64,000 nt of DNA from Octopus vulgaris (taxonomy: Eukaryota): assembly GCA_951406725.2 (NCBI GenBank), contig OX597814.1, positions 53,816,001-53,880,000 of the forward strand, in the 5' to 3' direction. Position 1 is the first letter of the stretch; every line of letters begins with the position of its first letter. The position numbers and the translations under genes were made by a program. Under the pieces are notes generated by a model. That model made no database searches. It was given only the letters and a program-made list of their open reading frames with translations, and was not told the DNA's origin. Below are positions 53,795 through 64,000 of this stretch, one piece after another.

Positions 53795-54665
53795 TTCTCC
53801 TGCTTGACATGGTGCAGAGACCTATTACCAGACATAGGGTCTTCCAGCAGTCACCCTCTTGATCCAGGGTAGCACTACCTCCTCAAGGTACTTGATGTAG
53901 ACCTCTGTGTAGAGTCTGAGGCTGCGAGGGAAGATGAATGAAGGTATAACATCGCCATCACTAATGATCACTCCAAAACCCATGATGTTGACTGGATGTT
54001 TGATTTTTATCACTCTCAGAATATGTTTTGGAGACACCACAAACCAATGGTTGTTCTGTGTGTTCACCATCTGATCCTGGTAGAAATTTTTCTCATCTGA
54101 GAAAAACCAAAGCATGTTCAGTTGGAAGGGATGCTTGAGTTTGTTCAAAAGTTTCATAGCACAGTCTTTCCTCTTGTCCTTGATGGCTTGGGATAAAAAA
54201 ATTGACGCTTTCTCATCGTGTATGAAGAATACCAAATGTCTTCATGAACTACCTGCCTGATAAGAAACTCAGACACTCCCATGTCCCTGAAGATGGACCT
54301 GATTGACTTGGAGGGATCATTGTCAATCACGGACTAGATCTCACCAACAAATTCAGGAGTTCTTTTCTCATCAGAACAATCAGAGTGAGGTTTCTGAGCT
54401 GCTATACCTTTGTAATTACCATTAGACTCATCCAACTCTTTCCTAATCCCCTGCACTGTCCTCAGATTGACACCCAAATACTCTGAAATGCTTGTATTGG
54501 AGCTTCCAAGTGAGTGCCAAGCAGCATGTGGTTTCCAAATTTCTGGCAGAGTGAAATGCATCATGGTGCTGTTTTTCTCACAGACAGTATTCAACTGACC
54601 CTACTATACTGTATAGTCGACAAAATCAAAAACAAACAATGCAACAATTTACCCATCATACACTG
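53795..54665 (-). mobile_element. Tc1/mariner-superfamily transposase relic (FSDEKNF, maT/DD37D-like), 3'-truncated
   Basis: MMHFTLPEIWK...LWFFSDEKNFYQDQ...KHPVNIMGFGVI...YIKYLEEVVLPWIKRVTAGRPYVW. TIR TA|CAGTGTATGATGGGTAAATTGT at 54665. The subclass cannot be confirmed because the third catalytic residue is missing. Confidence 0.9.
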
Positions 54666-54703
54666 TATATACGTGTGTGTGTATGTGTGCGTGTGTGTCT
54701 GTA

Positions 54704-55703
54704 CTAGACTACCCGTGACCTGTTGGGTCACCAAGTAAGTTTGAGTTTCCCAGCAACGGAGTTTTATTTTGTGGGGTTTTTTTCTTTTATAAGTTATTTT
54801 GCAGGCTTTCAATGAATATGACATCAAAATCACACATAAGCAGCTCCTTTCCCCCAGAAAAGGAAAGATTTGGCTGCTATTTCTTGCATGCCCTGCTGTC
54901 ACATAACAGGTATTTCGGGTCCTTTATCACAAATAGCAGTTATGTGGTATCAAGGTGTGCTAGAAATAGCAACCAAATTTTTGGAAGTGACATACGTTGA
55001 ATGCACTTGAAAAAAATTATTTCCCATTGAGGTTACGAATGGGTCTTTTAAGAAATATTTATACCAAAAAGACTTTTTGTGATGGTATTCACTTGAAAAT
55101 AATTTTAAAAACTATTAAAATACTGTCTGTTTAAAGAAAGCTAAAATATAAATACTTATTGTACAAACAATTTACAGTTTTGAAATCACATTCACTTAAA
55201 AATATTTCTAAATGATTAAAATATTGTGTTTAACAAAAGTAAAAATAGAAACATTTTTCGTTGTCAAATTACTGTATAACTGTAAGATATGTTACTTCCC
55301 TTTCAGAATCAAGTTAATTTCAGAGACTTTTTCAATTATGCCCCATTTGGGGTATCTTCACAACTACTTATCCAATTTATGTGAAATTTGTTTCATTCTG
55401 CTCATATTTACATTTCAAGGGAAACTTAATTTGTAGTATTTTCCCATTACACGGCAGTTTGCCTGAGTAACATTGCAAGCAAGCAAGATTCAATCTGACT
55501 TTTAATGTATTGTGTGTGTGTGTGTGTGTGTATTAATAGCTAAAGAATCATATGGTATATACCTGGTATTTTGCCAGTAAAGCACATTCACTGGCTCAGT
55601 GTTCATTGAGTATTTGATTAATGCAAGATGGTTTGAAACAACTGTAGTGATCAATAAAGATTCTCGTATCTTCCATCTCTCTCATTAAGCAAATATATAT
55701 ATA
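54704..55703 (-). mobile_element. Non-autonomous Helitron-like element
   Basis: Minus-strand 3' end GTGACC-caaca-GGTCAC-gggtagt-CTAG|T (hairpin then CTAG). Its 5' region is similar to 43760-44045. Confidence 0.65.
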
Positions 55704-57804
55704 TTAGGAAGTTAAATATTATGGCTAGTCATAGAATGATTATTGGCTTCACACAAATAAAGCGTGCACCTCCAGCCATTTGAGTTTGACAAGTTGCCTA
55801 TACTCCTAAGCACTTTATAGGTGTGAAACCAATGGTCACTCTATGACCAGTCATAACATTTAACTTCCTAAATACATTACTTCTCTAATGTTTTAGAGTG
55901 TGCTTCTTTTTGGGATATATGAACTATTGACGATATATATATATATATATATATATACATGTGTCTGTATGTGTGTTTGTGTACCTTTTTGTGTTGTTCC
56001 CCACCACTGCTTGAAAACTGGTGTTGGTTTATGTCCCCATAACCTAGCAGTTCAGCAAAAAAATCAATAAAATAAATACCAGACTTAAAAAAGATTAGTA
56101 CTGAGATCAATTTGTTTGGTTAAACCCTTCAGGGTGGTGCCCCAGGATGATTGCTGCTCAATGACTGAAACAAATAAAAGATATCAAGCAATTGTGAAGA
56201 AGCTCCTTTATTTGCCTGCATGTAGCATGTTTTATATTTATGTGAGATATGCAATAGATATGAGGAGGCTAAGGTTTTTAAAATGCTGAAATTATCAGAG
56301 CTTTCAAGTTTTGATCATCATCATCATTTAACATCAGTTTTCAATGCTGGCATGAGTTGGATAGTTTGACAGGAGCTGATCAGCAGGAGAGCTGACCAGC
56401 AGAAGAGCAGGTCAATGGGAGAGCTGTCCAAACTCCAATTGTCTGTTTTGGTATGGTTTCTACAGTTTGATGCCCTTCCTAAAGCCACTACTTTACAGAG
56501 TGTGCTGGGTGCTTTTTATGTGCTACTAACAATTCTGTCAGCTCGCCACCTTAGATAATATTTATGCACTAAAATTTAAATATCTTTTGTACACAAAAAC
56601 CAGATTCATCATCATCATCGTTTAACGTCCACTTTCTATGCGAACCAGATGGCTGCACCAGATTCCAATCTGATCTGGCTTTCTTATTTTTCTGTTCATT
56701 TTGCTGGTTTCTAAGAGCAAGTGACTGTGCATATAATTTTTTTCTTTAAAAACCGGATTTCTGTAAGACTTTAATATCACTATTGATTTGACTAGAGTAA
56801 CGAGGTGGTGGGGAGGTTCTTGTTTTGTCATTTGATCATATGACAAAGTTTGCGTGTGTGTGTGTGGTGTATGTGTTTGTAGGTGATTATTTTCATGAGA
56901 TAAGTTCTGTCCAATATGTTGTGCTCTATTGATCAATTCACAAAGTGAGTGAATGCATGTGACTTTGTTTATCAAAAAAAAAAAGAACTTGCACTATATT
57001 TCATAATCATATGACCCTATTTTTATTTTATACTGTCACGTTTATTTTAATGCTTTAATTTTAGACAGCAAAAACTAAATAGAGTTTTTAATCTGAAAAA
57101 TTTCACTGTCTGATATGTATAATTGCTATGATGGATATTTATATATTTTCCTTCTTTGGAATGTACTTTTTACTACATCCAATATACTTTTTTGCTATTA
57201 TACTATTTTTACAATGAATTCCATAAAATAGGGAAGAACTATGTATATTGCGTTATTTCAATGTCAACATCATTACCCTCACAATCTTCAATCTCCATCC
57301 TGTACACAACACAACTCATCTCTATTACCACTCTGTCCCTCCTTTTCTCACTAACCACTGACACTAATACCTTCCCTTTTTCCTGTTCCTGTTGTAGACC
57401 TTACCCTGACAGTGATTAATTACTCTGTTACTTTCCTCAGTCATTTTCATAACTATCTCTTCCCCTCATCATATTTCACCATCTCTCATCAGCTTCCCTA
57501 AGAATCATCAATCACACTCTCCTTTTCTATCTCTCTCCCCCACCTGCTTTCAGTTATAAGGGGCACCTTTAGACTCTTTAGTCTTGCAAGGTGCAAAGCA
57601 AACTCAGTAGTGCTGATACCATGAAACAGCCCTAACACTCAATTAAGTGATTGGCACTATAAAGCGCATCCAGTCATAGAAACTGTGTCAAAACAGAGAC
57701 ATTACAGTATGATGTAGTCCTCTATTTCATCACATCCAGTTGAACCATCCAACCCATGACAACATGAAAAGTCGACATTAAATGATAGAGTTACTATCTC
57801 TCTT

Positions 57805-58175
57805 GGTAATGAAGAGCCTCTCCTTTAGAGTGAAAAGTAGATTGTATTATGCCAGTGTACGGACAGCTATGGACATGACAGTGAGACATGGACTGTGACT
57901 ACTGAGGATATGTGAAGACTTGATAGAAATGAAGCTAGTATACTCTGCTGGCTGGGTAATGTCAGTGTACATATACAACATAGTGTAAGTAATCTGAGAA
58001 AAAAGCTAGGTATATAAAGCATATATAACTAGGTATATAAAGTATATATATATTGTGTGCAAGACAAAAGACTGTGCGGACACAATCGTGCAATGCATTT
58101 GAATAAAGACAGTTGCATCAAGAGGTACTAATCTCTAACAGTGGAGCTAACATCTGGAAGAGACAGGAACAGGAA
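57805..58175 (+). mobile_element. Decayed RTE ORF C-terminal fragment
   Basis: LVMKSLSFRVKSRLYYASVRTAM..SETWTVTTEDM*RLDRNEASIL, homologous to 26345-26839. Confidence 0.85.
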
Positions 58176-58185
58176 GATGTTTATA

Positions 58186-58189
<4 letters not shown>

Positions 58190-58235
<46 letters not shown>

Positions 58236-58540
58236 TATTCATATATATATATGTGTGTATATACATATGTATACATATATATTCATATATATGTGTATAT
58301 ACATACGTATACATATATATTCATATATATGTATATATACATACGTATACATATATATTCATATATATGTATATATACATACGTATACATATATATTCAT
58401 ATATATGTACATATACATACGTATACATATATATTCATATATATGTACATATACATACGTATACGTATATATTCATATATATGTACATATACATACGTAT
58501 ACGTATATATTCATATATATGTACATATACATACGTATAC

Positions 58541-58577
<37 letters not shown>
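58190..58577. repeat. 38-bp minisatellite embedded in (TA)n
   Basis: TTC landmark at 58238, 58282, 58320, 58358, 58396, 58434, 58472 and 58510. Confidence 0.9.
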
Positions 58578-58582
<5 letters not shown>

Positions 58583-59069
58583 TTAGATTCCTTAGAAGAA
58601 AGTATCGAATGTATATGAAGACAAGGATGAAAAAAACAGAGAAACGTTATGCAAACACATATGCAATAAACAGGACATAACAACAGGTGTCTTTCAACTA
58701 AGGACAAATTAAATTAAGCTGGCATGTGTGGAAGTAAAGCCTTTCAGCAGGGACATTAGATTTAACAGGCAAGGGGAGAAATATAGATAGTACTCGAACC
58801 AAGAAAGAAAGGTCAGGTCTGGCTGAACACCAGTCACATGGGGCTAGAAGAGAGAGAGGTAGAGGCAGAAGGATAGAAGAATTAAGGAGGGCGAGAAAAA
58901 ATGAAAGAGACATAGTGAAGTGAAAGAGGAGGGAAAGTGAGCATGAAGAGAAGGCCAGGAAATGTGAGAGAGGGGGAAGGAAAAACAAAGAGTGGAATGA
59001 ACGAAGTGTGAAAGGGCTGATAGAAAGAAAACAGAGAGATCTAATGGATACAAATTAATTTATAATTCT

Positions 59070-59285
59070 TTACTACCTACAAGGGGCTAAACACAGAGAG
59101 GACAAACAAACGGATTAAGTCGATTATATTGACCCCAGTGCGTAACTGGTTCTTAATTTATTGACCCCGAAAGGATGAAAGGCAAAGTCGACCTCGGTGG
59201 AATTTGAACTCAGAACGTAGCGGCAGATGAAATACCGCTAAGCATTTCGCCCGGCATGCTAACGATTCTGCCAGCTCGCTGCCTT
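59070..59285 (-). mobile_element. tRNA-derived SINE family A, least diverged copy. Other copies at ~1351-1570(-), 12817-13033(-), 13710-13926(-), 18365-18585(-), 23195-23410(+), 27130-27365(+), 27605-27795(-), 36729-36926(+), 36949-37163(+), 44070-44500(-), 45750-45960(-), 50045-50180(+), 52135-52740(-, split)
   Basis: Recurring GGCGAGCTGGCAGAATCGTTAGC...GAGTTCAAATTCC (B box)...GCCTTTCATCCTTTCGGGGTCAATAAA. The central domain resembles the Meta/MESC SINE core from memory. Confidence 0.85.
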
Positions 59286-59434
59286 TGCATTTTAAAATAC
59301 CATGGATGGAAAATCATCAGGGTGCACAAAATGTATAGAGTACACCTAAATATGAATATTAGGTGCCCCATCCCAACATATACCTACATATATGAATATA
59401 TAATTCTATAATATAATAACTAGTAATAAATAAC

Positions 59435-60080
59435 TTTGAACATTGGGCCTCTCACCAAGGCAATGACTAGTGACCAGGACCTTTGGAAATATACTGTGCT
59501 TGAGAAGACTCGGCAAGCTCAAGTGAGACCATAACCTTGTGGCCTATGCCAGGGGTGTAACCAGCCCACTTATGCATACCTTTCCTTCATTGGACACTAA
59601 ACTCTGCTTGCGAAGACTGGCATCCGTGCTAGTGGAACGCTAAGAGTACCACACGAGCATGATCGTTGCCAGAGCAACAAGCTGGCCTCCATGCCGATGG
59701 CACGTAAAAAATACCATTTTGAGTGTGATCGTTACCTGCGTCGCCTTACTGGCACTTGTGCAGGTGGCACAAGAAAAAACATTTAAGCAAGGTCGTTGCC
59801 AGTGCCACTGGACTGGCTCCTGTGCAGGTGGCACATAAAAAGCACCATTTGAGTATGGCCATTGCCAGTACTGCCTGACTGGCCCTCATGCCGGTGGCAT
59901 GTAAAAGCACCCACTACACTCTCAGAGTTGTTGGCATTAGGAAGGGCATCCAGCTGTAGAAACTCTGCCAGATCAGATTGGAGTCTGGTGCAGCCATCTG
60001 GTTCGCCAGATCTGTCAAATCGTCCAACCCATGCTAGCATGGAAAGCAGACATTAAACGATGATGATGGTGATGATGATG
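59435..60080 (+). mobile_element. RTE LINE extreme 3' end (ORF tail plus single-copy 3'UTR with ~55-60 bp subrepeats)
   Basis: LTKAMTSDQDLWKYTVLEKTRQ, then GGCACGTAAAAA subrepeats and a (GAT)n tail. Confidence 0.9.
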
Positions 60081-60135
60081 ACTTTAATATGCTTTCAATA
60101 ATATGCATATACATATGAAGTAACTTTAGAACGAA

Positions 60136-60204
<69 letters not shown>

Positions 60205-60206
<2 letters not shown>

Positions 60207-60336
60207 CTAATACAATTTACCATCATTTTTTTCCATTTTAATGCATTTTTTTGCTATTTTTTGGCTATAACTCTCTAAAAATGCTTATATAGTTATTTCC
60301 CTTACAAACCCAAGCAACGCCGGGTGATACTGCTAG
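60205..60336 (+). mobile_element. Helitron 3' terminus
   Basis: CCCAAGCAACGCCGGG hairpin followed by TGATACTGCTAG|T. Confidence 0.65.
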
Positions 60337-60579
60337 TATATATATAATATTTATATACATATATGCATGCACATACGCACACATGTATACAAACATGAGT
60401 ATGAATTTTATTTCACTTTTACTTTGTTTTATTAATTATGCTGTTTTACTCATATATACTATAACTCATTATTTATTATTATTATTATTGTTGTTCCTCA
60501 CATTAAGTCATATGTTTGGAGCTCCCAAAATTGTTTGAATTTTTGTCACCACAAGTTGTTAAACTTTTGTTTTTATTGT

Positions 60580-63500
60580 TTAATTTTTATTATAAAGTAG
60601 CTGCCCTCCTAGGGAGATAGTTTTTGTAGGAAAAGAGAGCCCTTTTGGGAGCTAAATACACCCATTTACGAAGAATTTCTTCAAAAATTCACAAAAAAAC
60701 AACAATGGCAATTGAGCAAGATAGTGAAGACTGGAGGTTGAACAGCCAGTTCAACAAAGCCTTCTCCGCCCACACCAACACTATTGTTCCTGCACAGAAG
60801 GAAAAGAAGGAAGAAGAGAGGAAAGAAGAAAGAAAACAGGAGAGAAATGAAGACACTAGCACTGCCACCACCACCACAAATACGAACAACAGCAACAAGC
60901 CAAGCGTCAATTGTTTCACCTCAGTCGCAAAGCAAATTAAAGAAAGACTGAATGTAATAATGGAAGACATTAAAGCCTCAAAAGGACTGTTGAAAAAATA
61001 GAAACAATGTAGCACTAAATACCCCAAATGATCTAATAAGAGAAACAAACAAAAGAACACTCATCTACAAATGTGTAAATACAAAAAAAAAAGAAGAAAA
61101 CAAGCAACTTGAACCCATACTTAAGCCAGTATGGAATGTGAAAACATGTAACAAGAGGAAAACGTTTTGGTACTGTGGAGGAGCATTTCACAACAAAGCA
61201 AGAAGCAAGACACCATTCCACAGTGCTACTAAAAGGTCGAGATTTTTTACTCATGCCAACATACCTTGGTCAGTATGTAACAAAGATAAAAATTGGGGAG
61301 ATGCCTCCAGAAATAAATATATGCTAGCTGGCTGGCTGGCTGGTTGGTGAGCAGTTGTCCTCCTACACATAGAGGACACCGCCACAATACTGGAGGTGCA
61401 CAAGTTGCACCAACAAAATTGGTCAGATCAGGGGATGGAGCTCTTAATCCAAGTGGAACAAGGGAGCATAGAGCTCATCCCTGATATGATCATCTGCCAG
61501 ACAGCCCAAAATTAAATGTGGCCATAGAGGGCAGAGGCCAAGGTATAACCTCTGTGGTGACAAGAACCACCTCAAGAAAGAGAGGGGTACAACAGCTAGC
61601 ACTACTACTAACACCAGTGCAGTAACAGCAACTGGTACAGCAGCAGCAGGGACTAGCACTGGTGCTATCACCACCACCACCACCAGAAACAGCCTCAACA
61701 TCCAAAGGAGTACCACCACCACCACATGCAGATGAACCCCCACAACAGACCACTCTAAACAAGGGCACAGACTATTCAGGTACTGAGGTTGAGGAGGAGG
61801 AATGGCACACAGTCCCACCAAAAAAGAGGAAAAAACAAACTGCAAAACAACTGGAAAAGGAGGAGAGGTGCAAACAAGCTGAACTTCCCAACAGCAGCAT
61901 CATACACAACCGCCAACAACAGTACCACTTTCACCAGCACTACCACCCAAAACACAAACATCAACACAAATTACAACACACACACACTCCACAGGCACTA
62001 CCAACCTCACAGTCATAAACAGACAATATACACCTTGTCACACACATAAGAAACAACACAGATGCCACAATGAAAGACTTTGTCTTCTCGACACACAACA
62101 CACCACCACCACCACCACGCATACAAATTCTAAAAGTTATACATCACACACACACAACACATTAAAAACAAACTTTCCTGGAGCTGTTGGGCCATTTCAG
62201 AAAACTTCTTCAAAAAGACTCTACAAAAACCTACTTGTAGAAACACCCACACAAATGAACAAGGGGGCCACACCACCAGACAACAGCGGTAAGTAGCACT
62301 CTCTTTCATTAACATATATTTTTCAACATGGTCATGCTCAAAATTGGTTGTATAAATGCCTGGGGCCTCAGATCACCTTTTAAATGACTTGAGCTCCTTT
62401 AATGCAAACGTAGAAGCCATTAGTGAAACCCAACTTTCAGACCCGCAGGCCTTCATACCCCTCTTCACTAGATATGAGATCTACCTATCTTCATGTTGGC
62501 TGGGAAGAGGTGGTGGTGGAACTGCAGTGTTTTTCCAGAAAGGTCTGGATTAGAAATTAAAAGCAATCTTCCTGTATCCAGAAAGTAAGTTGGTGGTCCA
62601 GGATGTGAGCAGCATTGCCTTCAGACTTCAATCATCTGGAGGTTTTCCTGGGAACGTCTCAAACTTTAGTGTTAGTAGGGGATTGGAACACTGCCTTAGA
62701 TGGACTTTTGGATCATGTGGGACTATCTGATAGGAGAGTGGGGTGCAAAAGCCTCATAAACCCGCTCAGACGTTTTCAACTGTCTGACAGGTACCAATTA
62801 GATCACCTGAATGTGCCAATGTAGACTTGAACAAACCACATCAGGTCATCTAGATTGTATTCATGATCTGTATGGTGACCTAGATAAGTTTTGTAGACAG
62901 GGCTCTGGTTACTGGAAGCTGAACCAATTGTTACTGGCATGCCAAACTTACAGAGACCGGATTAATGAATTAGTTAAGCAGGCATTGACAGGAGCAATCA
63001 TCAACAACAATTGGTGGTTTGCTCTTAAAAAGGCAATTAGAGTAGAATCCATTAGGTTTAGTAAGGCTTTAGCGATAAAAAGAAATAAAATAGAGAGAGG
63101 TTTAGTTAGAAAGTTAGATGAGGCATTTAGGAAAGGCATCACAACCAACATATTGGCAAAAAGATTGACCCTTGACCAATACTTTGACACCAAACATGCA
63201 GGTTGTGTTATCAGAGCTAAGGCACATACACTAAGCAGGGTGGGAATGAAATCTGCTAGATGGGCTTGAGTGGCAGAGGCAAAATGTGGCAACAAAGCCA
63301 CCATTTGGTCTTTAGTGGATCAAAACAGGTGCAAGATGTTTGAACTGAAGCAGACATGTGTGGCCTTTCAGCAGCACTTTGCTTGATTGTTCAGGACAAG
63401 TGGTAGAATGAATAAAAGGGCAGACTTTGGTGTCTACTTGGACAGCTTGCAGCAACTCTCAACCAGCAAGGCAGAGTGATGCAAAAGGCTGATAACAGTC

Positions 63501-64000
63501 ATAGAAATACAGGAAGCAATGAAGGGCTGTGCAAGAAGCAGATTACCGAGTTTGGATGGTCTGCCCTACAAGCTTTTTATTTCTATGCCAGATATCTACC
63601 GCAACTGGCAACAGAATGGGGGAATTCCCACTTTTGTTTGTTGAAGGGCAGTGGCACTGCTGTGAAAGGACCCAATCAAGGGAAACATTATAGAGAACTT
63701 CAAGCCCATCACTCTGCTCAATGCAGAATTGAAGATTCTGGCCAAGGTGTTAGCCAAGAGGCTGGTGCTTGTCATGGAGAAGCTAATTAGTAATGTGCAA
63801 ACATGCGCTATATCAAAGAGGACCATGACAATCTCCACCTCATGCACTACATCACTGAGAGGGTGGGTAACAAAGTTGGCAGGGGTGGGGCTCTGATCAA
63901 TTTAGATCAATCTAAAGCTATCGATAGGGTCGACCACCAATATTTGGCAGCTGTTCTCATGGCAGTCAGTTTCAGTTCAGTTTTCCATGGTTAGATTGCT
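60580..64000 (+). mobile_element. L1/Tx1-clade LINE relic (ORF1 remnant; ORF2 APE endonuclease and RT from ~62328), running off the window end
   Basis: KIGCINA.G, AISETQL, GGGGTAVFF, LVLVGDWN, GSGYWKLN, GLDGLPY, ENFKPITLLNAELKILAKVLAKRL, INLDQSKAIDRVDHQYL. Many stops and frameshifts. Left boundary approximate. Confidence 0.9.

Noticed and set aside
58113-58707. Long YI/HT-rich ORFs (also 5937-6261, 8294-8614 and 37716-38092)
   Set aside because: These are stop-free translations of (TA)/(CA) microsatellites.
60645-62049. Low-complexity ORFs as a host gene
   Set aside because: They lie directly upstream of the L1/Tx1 ORF2 on the same strand and are broken by stops, so they are best read as decayed ORF1.

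Overview
AT-rich, repeat-dense animal DNA. The SINE/RTE repeat set and microsatellite style suggest an octopus-like cephalopod (inference, not verified). It is not prokaryotic: there are no operons, CRISPR arrays, rRNA or real tRNA genes, and most ORF-track entries are microsatellite or transposon read-through. One host gene is recognisable on the minus strand. A spliced exon at 21499-21889 ends in ...PIIGYETMEQRARFT|gtaagt, the start of a sorting nexin 16 (SNX16)-type PX domain. A candidate upstream exon at 30383-30820 splices to it in frame. The rest is intron/intergenic DNA with several tRNA-derived SINE families, RTE, L1/Tx1, R4/Dong and Penelope-like retroelement relics, mariner and Tc1-like relics, hAT-, piggyBac- and mariner-type MITEs, and Helitron ends. 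The most unusual items are (i) an RTE 3' end amplified into six ~330-bp tandem units, (ii) a Penelope end carrying a tRNA-like Pol III head next to a decayed hammerhead ribozyme, (iii) a fold-back fusion of two Tc1-like copies, (iv) a possible N-terminal extension exon for SNX16 and (v) an 80-nt pre-miRNA-like hairpin. I see no firm evidence of a wholly new biological system. All calls were made by eye and repeat boundaries are approximate.
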